From Octopus vulgaris (taxonomy: Eukaryota): DNA of 64,000 nucleotides. The position numbers were made by a program, and so were the translations under genes. The stretch is taken from positions 15,996,001 to 16,060,000 of the forward strand of contig OX597833.1 in the NCBI GenBank assembly GCA_951406725.2, in the 5' to 3' direction. Of the stretch, positions 53,101 through 64,000 are shown one piece after another (position 1 is the first letter of the stretch; the number at the start of each line of letters is the position of its first letter). The notes below the pieces were generated by a model. The model saw only the letters and a program-made list of their open reading frames with translations, was not told the origin of the DNA and made no database searches.

Positions 53101-53650
53101 GAGTGAGAGAGCAGTTCATGCCATCAAAGTGACACTGGGGTAAAATATACGAAGCCCAATATACCCATCATGACTACCCGTCTGATAAGGGTACACCAGT
53201 CACATGCATCACAACCATATGTGCGCGACATGGTGATCTTATATCAAGATAAACAGCACATGACCTTGCAGGTGGGGCCCTGTTAGAATTTCCTTCAGGT
53301 TGAGTAGCCCATCCCGCTCAAACGGTCCCTGAATAAGGGTTGTTTAAGGATGTTGAAAAAACCACCCATGTTTCCAGAGGTGAATTATTCAAACCCCAAA
53401 GAATCCCTCTCAACACATGGCTATGATGCTCCCCCACTACTTCTGCTCGTGATCAGAGATGCACATATCGTCAGCCACTAAGAGACATGCTCAACTGGTT
53501 AAGGTCAAACAACTGACAAGCAAATCTGTGGTATTGAGCAGAATATTTGCTGTAGCCCATCTTTTATACCAAGACAAAACAATGTACATGATAACACTTC
53601 CAATCAGTTAAGATCAGAAGCCATGAGAGCCACTGCCTGGTACTGCATCA
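53101..53650 (-). mobile_element. Non-coding element of about 550 bp embedded in (TAA)n
   Basis: Sharp boundaries against (ATT)n on both sides. No ORF and no tRNA head seen. Confidence 0.55.
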
Positions 53651-54006
<356 letters not shown>

Positions 54007-54010
54007 TCTA

Positions 54011-54200
54011 AGGCGGCGAGCTGGTAGAACCGTTAGCATGCCGGGCAAAATGTTTAGCGGCATTTAGTCTTTGAGTTCTTTCTTCACATTCCGCCGAGGT
54101 TGACTTTGCTTTTCGTCATTTCAGAGTCGATAAATTAAGTACCAGTGAAACACTGGAGTCGATGTAATCGACTAGTACCCTCCCGTCGAATTTCACTTTT
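54011..54200 (+). mobile_element. Group C SINE (diverged)
   Basis: ggcggcgagctggtagaaccg head. Confidence 0.75.
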
Positions 54201-54383
54201 TTACGCCTATTGTAGAAACGATTATTATCATTATTACTATATTTATCCTACATTATATCGTCACAGCTCGGTTCAACCGCAAAAGACTGTTGTTGCATCT
54301 TGGTAACGTTAGTCTGTATCCAACATAATAGAATAAGGGCTTCTGTATACATATTCAAAAACTTTTCACGTAGGCGAACTTAT

Positions 54384-54426
<43 letters not shown>

Positions 54427-54427
54427 C

Positions 54428-54701
54428 AAAAATTTAGATTAAGATGAATATGGTACTTAAGTTGAGGCAACAGTTTTTAGTTTGGTATTATCCATATAAT
54501 TTTAAAGGTAATTAAAATCAAAATAAGCAACAGGAATATCCGGTGGTAATGCAGTACGATCGTTTAATTCATTTCTATGTCTTTGTGCAGCTGAGGATTG
54601 GTCTGCATTTTAAATTGATGTAATGATTGCATTGTTCAATTAAATGGAGTTGCATGAAACGATCTTCATGCATTACCTCTGGATATCCTTGTTGCTAATT
54701 T

Positions 54702-54705
<4 letters not shown>
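54428..54705. mobile_element. PLE-like inverted module with long-stem-II hammerhead (54585-54673, plus strand)
   Basis: gtgcag-CTGAGGA-..-GAAAC-gatc. The inverted partner at about 54515-54565 retains aaacgatcGTActgcat. Same family as 12110-12322. Confidence 0.65.
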
Positions 54706-54772
<67 letters not shown>

Positions 54773-54829
54773 TGTGTGTGTATGTGTATGTGTATATGTG
54801 TGTGTATGTGTTTGTGTGTGTGTGTGTGT

Positions 54830-55172
54830 AGTCTTTTATTCTGTTATTTGCTTCAGTCATTTCAGTGCAGCCATATTGGGGCACCGCCTTAAGTCGAGCA
54901 AATCGACCCCGGAACTTATTCGTTGTAAGCCTAGTACTTATTCTGTCGTTCACTTTTGTCGAATCGCTAAGTTACGGGGATGTAAACACACCAACATCGG
55001 TTGTCAAGCAATGGTGGGGGACAAACACAGACACGCAAACATATATATATTACGACGGGCTTCTTTCAGTTTCCGCCTACCAAATCCACTCACAAGGCTT
55101 TGGTGAACCCGGGGCTATAATAGAAGACACTAGCTCAAGGTGCCACGAAATGGGACTGAACCCGGGACCATG
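54830..55172 (-). mobile_element. Group B SINE
   Basis: Consensus match. Confidence 0.85.
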
Positions 55173-55777
55173 TGAAAATATTAAGGTAGTAAGAATGTTG
55201 GATGATTATATATTTTGATCTAAATTTTTTTGGCGTTTTCTTTCGTTATCGTATTTATCAAAAAAGTGGTTTATAGTAAGTTTACTTCGAATTTTAAAAT
55301 TGACGCTGACGATGTCTTAGAAAGAGAGAGGGGAGAGAGGGGCAAGAGAACAAATTAGAAAGGAAGGTGCAGGGGTGAGAGAGGAAGAGAAAGTGGGAGA
55401 TAGGGAATGTAGAGAAGAGAAAAGAAATTAGGAGTATTTTGGGAGTTTGAGGAGGAAGAAAAATGTTTTAGGGGGAGGGAAAGGTAAAGAACGCGTGGTC
55501 AAATTTGCTAAATCAGAACTCAATATGTTGTTTTTTATTCTTTTTAGCGACCTTTTGAGTGGAGAAGGAAAGAAATTTTTTGTATTCAAATGGTCAAAGT
55601 TTTTAATTGGAAAACCAGATGTTGATTTTGATTTTCTCCAGTCTGAATTATAATTACATTTCAAAGTCTAACTTTTTTTTAATTTCTTTTGTATTCATAA
55701 ATGTAAGGGGGAGAGAATGGTTATATTGATGTATGTATGTATGAGCGTTCGTATATGAAAGTATAACGTATGTTCTG

Positions 55778-55958
<181 letters not shown>

Positions 55959-55981
55959 CATATATATACATATATATACAT

Positions 55982-56056
<75 letters not shown>

Positions 56057-56294
56057 TGTATCTGTATTTATGTGCTTCTGGTATATTCAACTGAAGAAGT
56101 CAAATCTTTTGGTTAAAATTCCAGATGTTTTTGATTTAGCAGTGTATGTCTATGTTTTTGAAAGAGTGATTTTAAAGTAAGAATCGGTACGATTTTAAAT
56201 ACAGTCTGATAAAAGATTAATTGTGGGGAAAGTGTTTCTCAATTATATATTATGACCTGAATTTCTTTAAAAAACATCATAAACATGATCTACG

Positions 56295-56860
56295 TACCTT
56301 GAATTTTCTCTATCCACATATTTCTAAATGAACCGTTTAATTTCGGTGAGAACTTCTTTATGAAATATAGTTCAATTGACTTTCGTAAGTTTGAGGCGTT
56401 CTTTGAGCATTTATAGAAGGGGAAGACCTTGAATTTTCCTTCTCCACATATTTCCAAATCTACTCAGTGGAATTTTCCGTAGTTCTTCTTGTCGGATTTG
56501 CTGACTGTGGATTCTTTCGCATTCGCAAAAGGAGTTATTAAATTCACCAATATAATTCTATTTGCATTTGAGGCTAGTAATGCAGTAGATGTGATTTTGT
56601 GCCTTGCAGTTCATATTTGCATTTATATTGAACGAGAATCCACACTTAAATTTTATGTGAGTGTCCCCATCTATGTATTTGAAGTTATTGTTGTTATTCC
56701 ATATTCCACATCCGTTATCTCCACATCCTTTTACGGAAAATTCTGTTTCATCCTCTGATGCCATATGATAAAAGGTCTGTTTATTCATATAAAATTGGTT
56801 AAACGCAGTCATGCTGTAATGCAGACGGATGAGTACCGAATCGTTGTTCCTGTTTGACAA
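56295..56860 (-). mobile_element. Penelope-like element GIY-YIG endonuclease remnant
   Basis: CGDNGCG..NMNCKAQNHIYCITSLKCK*NYIGE..RIHSQQIR..IPLS/..ICGEGKFKVFPFYK..RKSIELYFIKKFSPKLN. Confidence 0.8.
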
Positions 56861-56864
56861 GTTA

Positions 56865-57245
56865 TACTCTTACTCTTTTACTCTTTTACTTGTTTCAGTC
56901 ATTTGACTGCGGCCATGCTGGAGCACCGCCTTAAGTCGAGTACATCGACCCCATGACTTATTCTTTGTAAGCCTCGTACTTATTCTATCGGTCTCATCGG
57001 TTGTCAAGCGATGTTGGGGGGGGGACAAACACAGACACACAAACACATACACATACATATATATATATATATGCATATATACGACGGGCTTCTTTCAGTT
57101 TCCGTCTACCAAATCCACTCACAAGGCTTTGGTCGGCCCGAGGCTATAGTAGAAGACACCTGCCCAAGGTGCCACGCAATGAGACTGAACCCCGGACCAT
57201 GTGGTTGGTAAGCAAGCTACTTACCACACAGCCACTCCTGTGCCT
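56865..57245 (-). mobile_element. Group B SINE
   Basis: Consensus match with an internal deletion. Confidence 0.85.
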
Positions 57246-57528
57246 ATATTATGTTTGTATCTACAGCGAAATTCTCTTAGGACCTCATTATGAGAAGTAC
57301 ACCATTCGATAGACTGATCGATAGTGATAGAGAGATTGATAGATACATAGATACATACATACATACATAGATTCATACATACATGTATGCATGCATGTTC
57401 CAGCATGGCCACAGTCAAATGACTGAAACAAGTAAAAGAATAAAAGAATACAGGTACATATATGTATGTCTACATATATATGTGTGTACGTGTATTTGTG
57501 TCTGTATGTATGTGTGCATGTGTTCACA

Positions 57529-57591
57529 TAGACAAATAGACAGATAGACAGACAGACAGACAGGCAAACAGACAGACAGACAGATAGATAC

Positions 57592-57656
<65 letters not shown>

Positions 57657-57657
57657 C

Positions 57658-57696
<39 letters not shown>

Positions 57697-57737
57697 CAGA
57701 CAGACACACAGACACACAGACAGACACACAGACACAC

Positions 57738-57804
<67 letters not shown>

Positions 57805-57885
57805 CAGACACACAGACAGACACACAGACAGACACACAGACAGACACACAGACAGACACACAGACAGACACACAGACAGACAGAC

Positions 57886-57962
<77 letters not shown>
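57529..57962. repeat. Compound (GATA)n/(GACA)n/(GACAGACACACA)n array
   Basis: Seen directly. Confidence 0.95.
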
Positions 57963-58082
57963 TATGTGTGTGTATGTATTATGCATATATGTTTATATAT
58001 CTATGTATTAGCATATCTATAAATATAAATTATTTTTAATGAATAGTCTCTTATAGTACATATATTTGAGAATACCTGTACA

Positions 58083-58480
58083 GGCGCAGGAGTGGCTGTG
58101 TGGTAAGTAGCTTGCTAACCAACCACATGGTTCCGGGTTCAGTCCCACTGCGTGGCACCTTGGGCAAGTGTCTTCTGCTATAGCCCCGGGCCGACCAATG
58201 TCTTGTGAGTGGATTTGGTAGACGGGAACTGAAAGAAGCCTGTCGTATATATGTATATGTATGTATGTGTGTGTCTGTTTGTCCCCCTACCATTGCTTGA
58301 CAACCGACGCTGGTGTGTTTACGTCCCCGTAACTTAGCGGTTCGGCAAAAGAGATTGATAGAATAAGTACTGGGCTTACAAAGAATAAGTCCCGGGGTCG
58401 ATTTGCTCGACTAAAGGCGATGCTCAAGCATGGCCGTAGTCAAATGACTGAAACAAGTAAAAGAGTAAAAGAGTAAAGAG
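58083..58480 (+). mobile_element. Full-length group B SINE
   Basis: Consensus match, tail (gtaaaaga)n. Confidence 0.9.
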
Positions 58481-58864
58481 AGTCTCTTCTTATAATGCTT
58501 ATATTTGAGAATACTTGTATAGTAATCATTTTGTTCAAATAGATTTCCGAATTGTTGGCATTATTTTGCCATTATAAGAAAGAGAGAAGAAATTCCAAAA
58601 CACAAATTCAAATGACTTTACACAAATCTCAAAGTACATTCAGCAGGAACTTTTCAAAAACGTAGAAGATTATAATCGTTTATTACAATAAGGCTCTCAT
58701 TAAATGCGTCTGTAGTTTTCCACATATGTACATATATATATATATGTGTGTGTGTATGTGTGTGTATGTGTGTATGTATGTATTATATAACTACTTGAAA
58801 CATCTGTAAGTCATATATGTTACAATAAATATGTAATGACCATTAGCAATGGATTGTCTTATAT

Positions 58865-59258
58865 AAGTTTCTTTATTGGCCACACAGGGCTGCACACAGA
58901 TGGGACAAGTTACAAGGTAGAGATTTTCTTTTGGGGGATGAAAAAAAGTGGGTGGCGAAGGTTTTCGATCAAGAGGGATCGTAAAAGGGAAGAAAAGAAC
59001 AAAAAAAAGAAAAAAAGAAAAAAAATAGAATAAAAAATAAAAAGAATAAAAGAAAAAAAGAAAGGAAAAGGAACAAAAGAAAAGAGAAATGAAAAAAGAA
59101 GAAAAAGAGGGAAAAGAAGGGGGAAGAGGAAAAAAAAAGGAACGATCAATAGGGATCGTGTATCACAGTGTTATGATATATGGTGTAAAGGGGAAAGCAA
59201 GTAAGGTTTATCCGTAGGAAGAAAAGCCTACGAAAAAGACCACGGTAACCTTGGTCAA
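58865..59258 (-). mobile_element. Probable LINE 3' UTR sharing its tail with group C SINEs
   Basis: Reverse strand is pyrimidine-rich and ends ttgtcccatctgtgtgcagccctgtgtggccaataaagaaa. Confidence 0.55.
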
Positions 59259-59794
59259 CATATATAGATATACATAAATATAGATGCATACATACACACA
59301 CATATATATATACATACACACATATACATGTACATATATATATGTATGTGTATATGTGTGTGTGCGTGCGTATATGTGTGTATGTGTGTGTGCGTGCGTG
59401 TGTGTGTGTTTTCTCGTGAACGTGTATGTATATGAGTGTGTGTATACAATTAAACATAAATGGTGTTTAAAAATTACGACAGCTGTTCCAGCAGCCTTTT
59501 ATCTAATGTCGTCATAAAAGATTACAATTCTTAAGAATCAAAGCACAGACACCTGGCACCAATATGTCTATCAAAAATTCATATTAATTGGTGTTTATGT
59601 TGAACAATAAACTAATTTAGCTAAGTGAAATTAGATTTTCTCATTGTATATTTATTCCATTTCTTATCATTATTTATTAATTGCCTATTTTAAACCAGAG
59701 CTTCTAATTCTATAAATTCGAATGTACAACTTAATAATTCCTTAACCCACCAAATGTAGGCTAAACTTTATGTTTATAATCTTATCTGCTTAAA

Positions 59795-59884
59795 ATTCTA
59801 GCTGATGATGCCGGGTTGTATCTTATGATATAAACTTTTCTGACTGGATTAAATAAAATGGTAGCGAAACGGCTGTCAAGAAAT
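59795..59884 (+). ncRNA. Hammerhead motif with long stem II and weak stem I
   Basis: CTGATGA-tgcc..ggtagc-GAAAC-ggct-GTC. Confidence 0.5.
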
Positions 59885-60810
59885 GTAACCAACAATTTTG
59901 TTTAATTCTTTATACTTACACTAAGGACCAATTGGTGAGTCGGAGCTACGATTTTAAACTAGATTTGGTACTTGCATATCTACAGTATCCTTCCAACACT
60001 TAAATTTTCCTATGTTATGACGTTTCACTGTGAGATCAACGTGATCGCACCTAGCCATTTCTTGCCTCCTACGTGGAGATGCGCCTTGATTTTTAAGAAT
60101 CCACATAACCAAATATATAGTCGTTACCAAAAGTTTAGAACTTTTTTTAAAAACTAAAATTGTTATGCCCAAGTACAATTCGACTCAAATATATACAACG
60201 TAGAGATATACGCAACTAATAACTTATCCAATAGCTCAATATCTACAAGACAAGATAGGCAAAATCAAAATTAAAGTTCTGTACCAAATTGCTTATTTTT
60301 AATGTCACTTTGAGCATTTAACATGAAAATTCTAATTTTCCAAAAATTTGGCCGCAATTTACGGACAAAGCTAGTTCTAGTACAGTGATTCTAGCTTCGC
60401 TTATGGAGCTGTTATCCCCGGCGGTCAGTATAGGAAAATGAGTTTCCTTGCGGTTCTAATAGTTTTGACTCTTGTTTCTACCAATATACGTTCTATCCAG
60501 CACCCTCAGTCACAATTGGTGTTGATTGAAATTTTATTTTTTTGTTTTATATTACAGTATAGCTGCCTACCTTAGTTTGTAATTTTCACATTAGTATTTC
60601 GCTAACTCAGCCATAAATTTATATATAAGGATATTCTGGATTTCGTTAAGCCATTCAGCGATGGAGTAGTCACTGCTGAATAGCCCGTATATGAAAATGT
60701 GCTTCCTTATAGTTCTAAGGGTTTTAACTCATATTTCTAGCAATATAGGGTCTATCTAGCACCCTCAGCACGGCTAGTTACGATTGATATATATATATAT
60801 ATATATACAT

Positions 60811-60970
<160 letters not shown>

Positions 60971-61915
60971 GAATGACCCGTCTTTCTCTGCCTGTCCTTC
61001 TTATTGTTGTTTCTCTTGTCCACATTTGCGATCCAACGGAATTGCCCCACAACAGCGGATGACATCAAGTAGCCAAAACTGTGCTGGTGCTCTACTCAGC
61101 ATTTAAACATACTAACCAGATTTTACGTATTTGTGCCAATTATTCATTATTGTGTGCGTGTGTGTGTGTCTGTGTCTGTGTGTGTGCGTGTGTGTGTATG
61201 TATGTGCGTGTATCATTTGTTTCTGACACTAGACTGTGGCCATGCACTGATTTCAAGAATTTTAGTCAAACAAATCGACTCCAGGGTTTAATATAATCAT
61301 ATATCGCACTACACTTAACTTGCTGGACTTAGGCAAAATTTCGGAATAATTACTGTATTCCCGTTACACTGACAGAGAGTAAATTTTGAAACAACAAACA
61401 ATTGATTTGGGAAATAGTTGAAAGAAGTTAGATACTGGTATACCTCAAACAACCATCATACATTGTCTAACACATAAAATAATGTACTATTATTTTCTTG
61501 AAAGGTGATAAAGAGACGCCTGGAGATATGTAATGGAGAAATAAAAGTACTCAAAGAAAGGCAAGAAAGCTCCGTTACGTCGATAACTAAGCACACATAG
61601 AAAGGCAGCTGAATATTTGTCCGCCATTTTGGACGTAGCTATCTGCGAATTTTATAATAAAATCTAGAAGTAATATCTCTTCGAATTGAAGTGAACAAAA
61701 ATGCAATATATTTATTATTACATAACAGCCATTTCTATTAGATCATTAATTTCTATTATGCAGTTATTTCATATGTTACAACTAAAATATGAATATAAAA
61801 TTTACTTCTGTTATATATCATCCGGGCCTGGCATCATCTCTGAATTTATTACAGACATTACGAGCTTCGATATACTTAGATACAAAGTTACATGCATATT
61901 TACATATGGCTTATA

Positions 61916-62075
61916 GGCGCAGGCATGGCTGTGTGGTAAGTAGCTTGCTTACCAACCACACGGTTCCGGGTTCAGCCCCATTGCATGGCACCTTGTGCAA
62001 GTGTCTTCTGCTATAGCCTCGGGACGGCCAAAGCCTTGTGAGTGGATTTGGTAGACAGAAACTGAAAGCGGCCCG

Positions 62076-62151
<76 letters not shown>

Positions 62152-62295
62152 TTGTGTATGTTTGTGTGTTTGCGTCCCCGTAATTTAGCGGTACTAGACT
62201 TACAAAGGAATAAGTCTTGTGATCGACTTGTTCGACTAAATACGGTGCTCCACCATGGCCGCAGTCAAATGATTGAAACAAATAAAAGAATAAAA
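61916..62295 (+). mobile_element. Group B SINE
   Basis: Consensus match. Confidence 0.85.
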
Positions 62296-62309
62296 GCATA
62301 TATATATGT

Positions 62310-62540
62310 TTTTTTATTACCCACAAGGGGCTAAACATAGAGGGGGACAAAGAAGGTCAGACAAACGAATTAAGTCGATTACATCGACCCCAGTGCGTAA
62401 CTGGTACTTAATTTATCGACCCCGAAAGGATGAAAGGCAAAGTCGACCTCGGCGGAATTTAAACTCAGAACGTAACAGCAGACGAAATACCGCTAAGCAT
62501 TTCGCCCGGCCTGCTAACGGTTCTGCCAGCTCGCCGCCTT
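62310..62540 (-). mobile_element. Group C SINE
   Basis: Consensus match. Confidence 0.85.
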
Positions 62541-62550
62541 TATATATATA

Positions 62551-62918
62551 CTAGCAGTATCGCCCGGCGTTGCTCGGGTTTGTAAGGGAAATAACTATAA
62601 AGCATTTTTAGAGTTATAACCAAAAAATGGAGAAAAAAATGATGGTAAATTTTTTTTAGTTAAAAAGGTCGAGTTGCGTCCCCTAGACAGTCTGTGGTTT
62701 GTGTTTCTGATTCTCGACCCCATGTCGAATTTATCGATTTTTTCAGAACTGGGGGAACTTTTCAAAATTTTCGCTGCGTTAGTTTTGAATTATGACATTG
62801 GGCTATGTGTGTGTCAAGTTTCATCAGAATCGGTTGAAAGCCGTGGTCAGGGTGAGGGTACAACCTAACAGACACACAGAAACACACACAGACAAACTGC
62901 CGTTTATATATAGAGAGA
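62551..62918 (-). mobile_element. Non-autonomous Helitron
   Basis: Same family as 11409-11792, with TC...hairpin-CTAG ends. Confidence 0.8.
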
Positions 62919-63032
62919 TATATGTACCGGAGTAAACACATAAATGAGAAACAAGGTGGAAAAAAGAGTACTCAAATACCAGTGGTGGAGTAATGTGCTT
63001 TATTTAAAGCAGCAGATTGCTAGATTCTAGCA

Positions 63033-63079
63033 AAAACTGTCCGACGAACGGGAACGTGAAACTCAGAGTAACAGGTTTT
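63033..63079 (+). ncRNA. Minimal type I hammerhead, CCGACGA core variant, between 19-bp inverted arms
   Basis: aaaactgt-CCGACGA-acg ggaa cgt-GAAAC-tcaga-GTA-acaggtttt. Arms at 62998-63016 / 63089-63107. Confidence 0.7.
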
Positions 63080-63122
63080 GTTGAATTTTCTGCTGCTTTA
63101 AATAAAGTATATATATATGTAT

Positions 63123-63290
63123 ACTCTTTTACTCTTTTTAATCGAGCAACTCGACCCCGGGACTTATTCTTTGTAAGCCCAGTACTTATTCTATGGGTCT
63201 CTTTTGCCGAACCGCTAAATGACGGGGTCATAAACACACCAGCATCGGTTGTCAAGCAATGCTAGGGGGACAAACACAAACATACACGCA
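63123..63290 (-). mobile_element. Group B SINE, 3' half
   Basis: Consensus match. Confidence 0.8.
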
Positions 63291-63316
63291 CACACACATA
63301 TACATATATATATATA

Positions 63317-63591
63317 TATAATATTAATTCGAGACAAAACCACTATTTTGCAAAACAAACAAGGAAAGACTTAATCAATACATAAAAATTTTTAATATAA
63401 AGAAATAACCGCCACTACAATCGTTTCATGTCTTCAATGACATTCGTCAGGTGGATTTTCGATCTCCTAATCTTGTTTGTTTTGCAAAATAGTGGTCTTG
63501 TCTCGAATTAATATTATATAATATTTTACTATAAAATTGGATTTAATCCTAAATCTGATTTTTTCCCTGTAAATTTGGATTTATTCCCTAA

Positions 63592-63596
<5 letters not shown>
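63317..63596. mobile_element. PLE-like inverted-repeat module in (TA)n
   Basis: Arms of about 47 bp at 63317-63363 / 63472-63518, with a hammerhead in the spacer. Confidence 0.75.
63412..63454 (-). ncRNA. Minimal type I hammerhead ribozyme, canonical core
   Basis: ccac-CTGACGA-atgtc attgaa gacat-GAAAC-gatt-GTA-gtgg. Confidence 0.8.
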
Positions 63597-63632
<36 letters not shown>

Positions 63633-64000
63633 GTGTGTGCTGTATGTGCTCACCTACATGTATAAATGCTTAAACGTGAATATTCCGCTATTTCTATATG
63701 AACTCATCCACACTTTCTTACGTAAATCGTTCAATGATTCGTGTTAAGCTTAACGCCCAATTCTAATTCCATATTGAATTGCATCATTATTATCGTAATT
63801 TTTCATTTCAAATTTACTTCTTACAACTTTCCACGTATTCCAATTTACTTAATTTTATTTTACTTCGCTTGACATTACACGAGTTTGTTATTAGGTTATT
63901 CCAGTGTGTTTTTTTGCATTATCATATTTTGTCATATTATGATATCCTTATGAAATTTGTTATTACTTCTTTATGTCTTTACATTCAAGCATATTTATAT

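Overview
AT-rich, non-coding eukaryotic DNA (intronic or intergenic) made almost entirely of microsatellites and transposon debris. The SINE families resemble those I associate with octopus/coleoid cephalopod genomes; that taxon call is an inference. No intact host gene, tRNA or rRNA can be supported, and nearly all ORFs in the track are microsatellite or SINE read-throughs. Recognisable content: four tRNA-derived SINE groups (my labels A-D); fragments of RTE, CR1-like and R4/Dong-like LINEs; Penelope-like (PLE) RT and GIY-YIG remnants; Tc1/mariner remnants; non-autonomous Helitron/Helentron elements; a hAT MITE with an 8-bp TSD; a solo LTR with a 4-bp TSD; a roughly 3-4 kb tandem segmental duplication; and a 30-bp minisatellite. 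The strongest hidden signal is about ten type I hammerhead ribozyme motifs. They come from several unrelated short PLE-like modules, mostly embedded in (TA)n tracts and often inside long inverted repeats. Two have fully canonical cores with matched stem I (50977-51039, 63412-63454), two share a CCGA core variant, and several have long stem II insertions. Also notable are SINE concatemers that share one fixed junction inside a single TSD pair, and two apparent LINE-SINE 3' tail partnerships. All structures were read by eye and none was computed.
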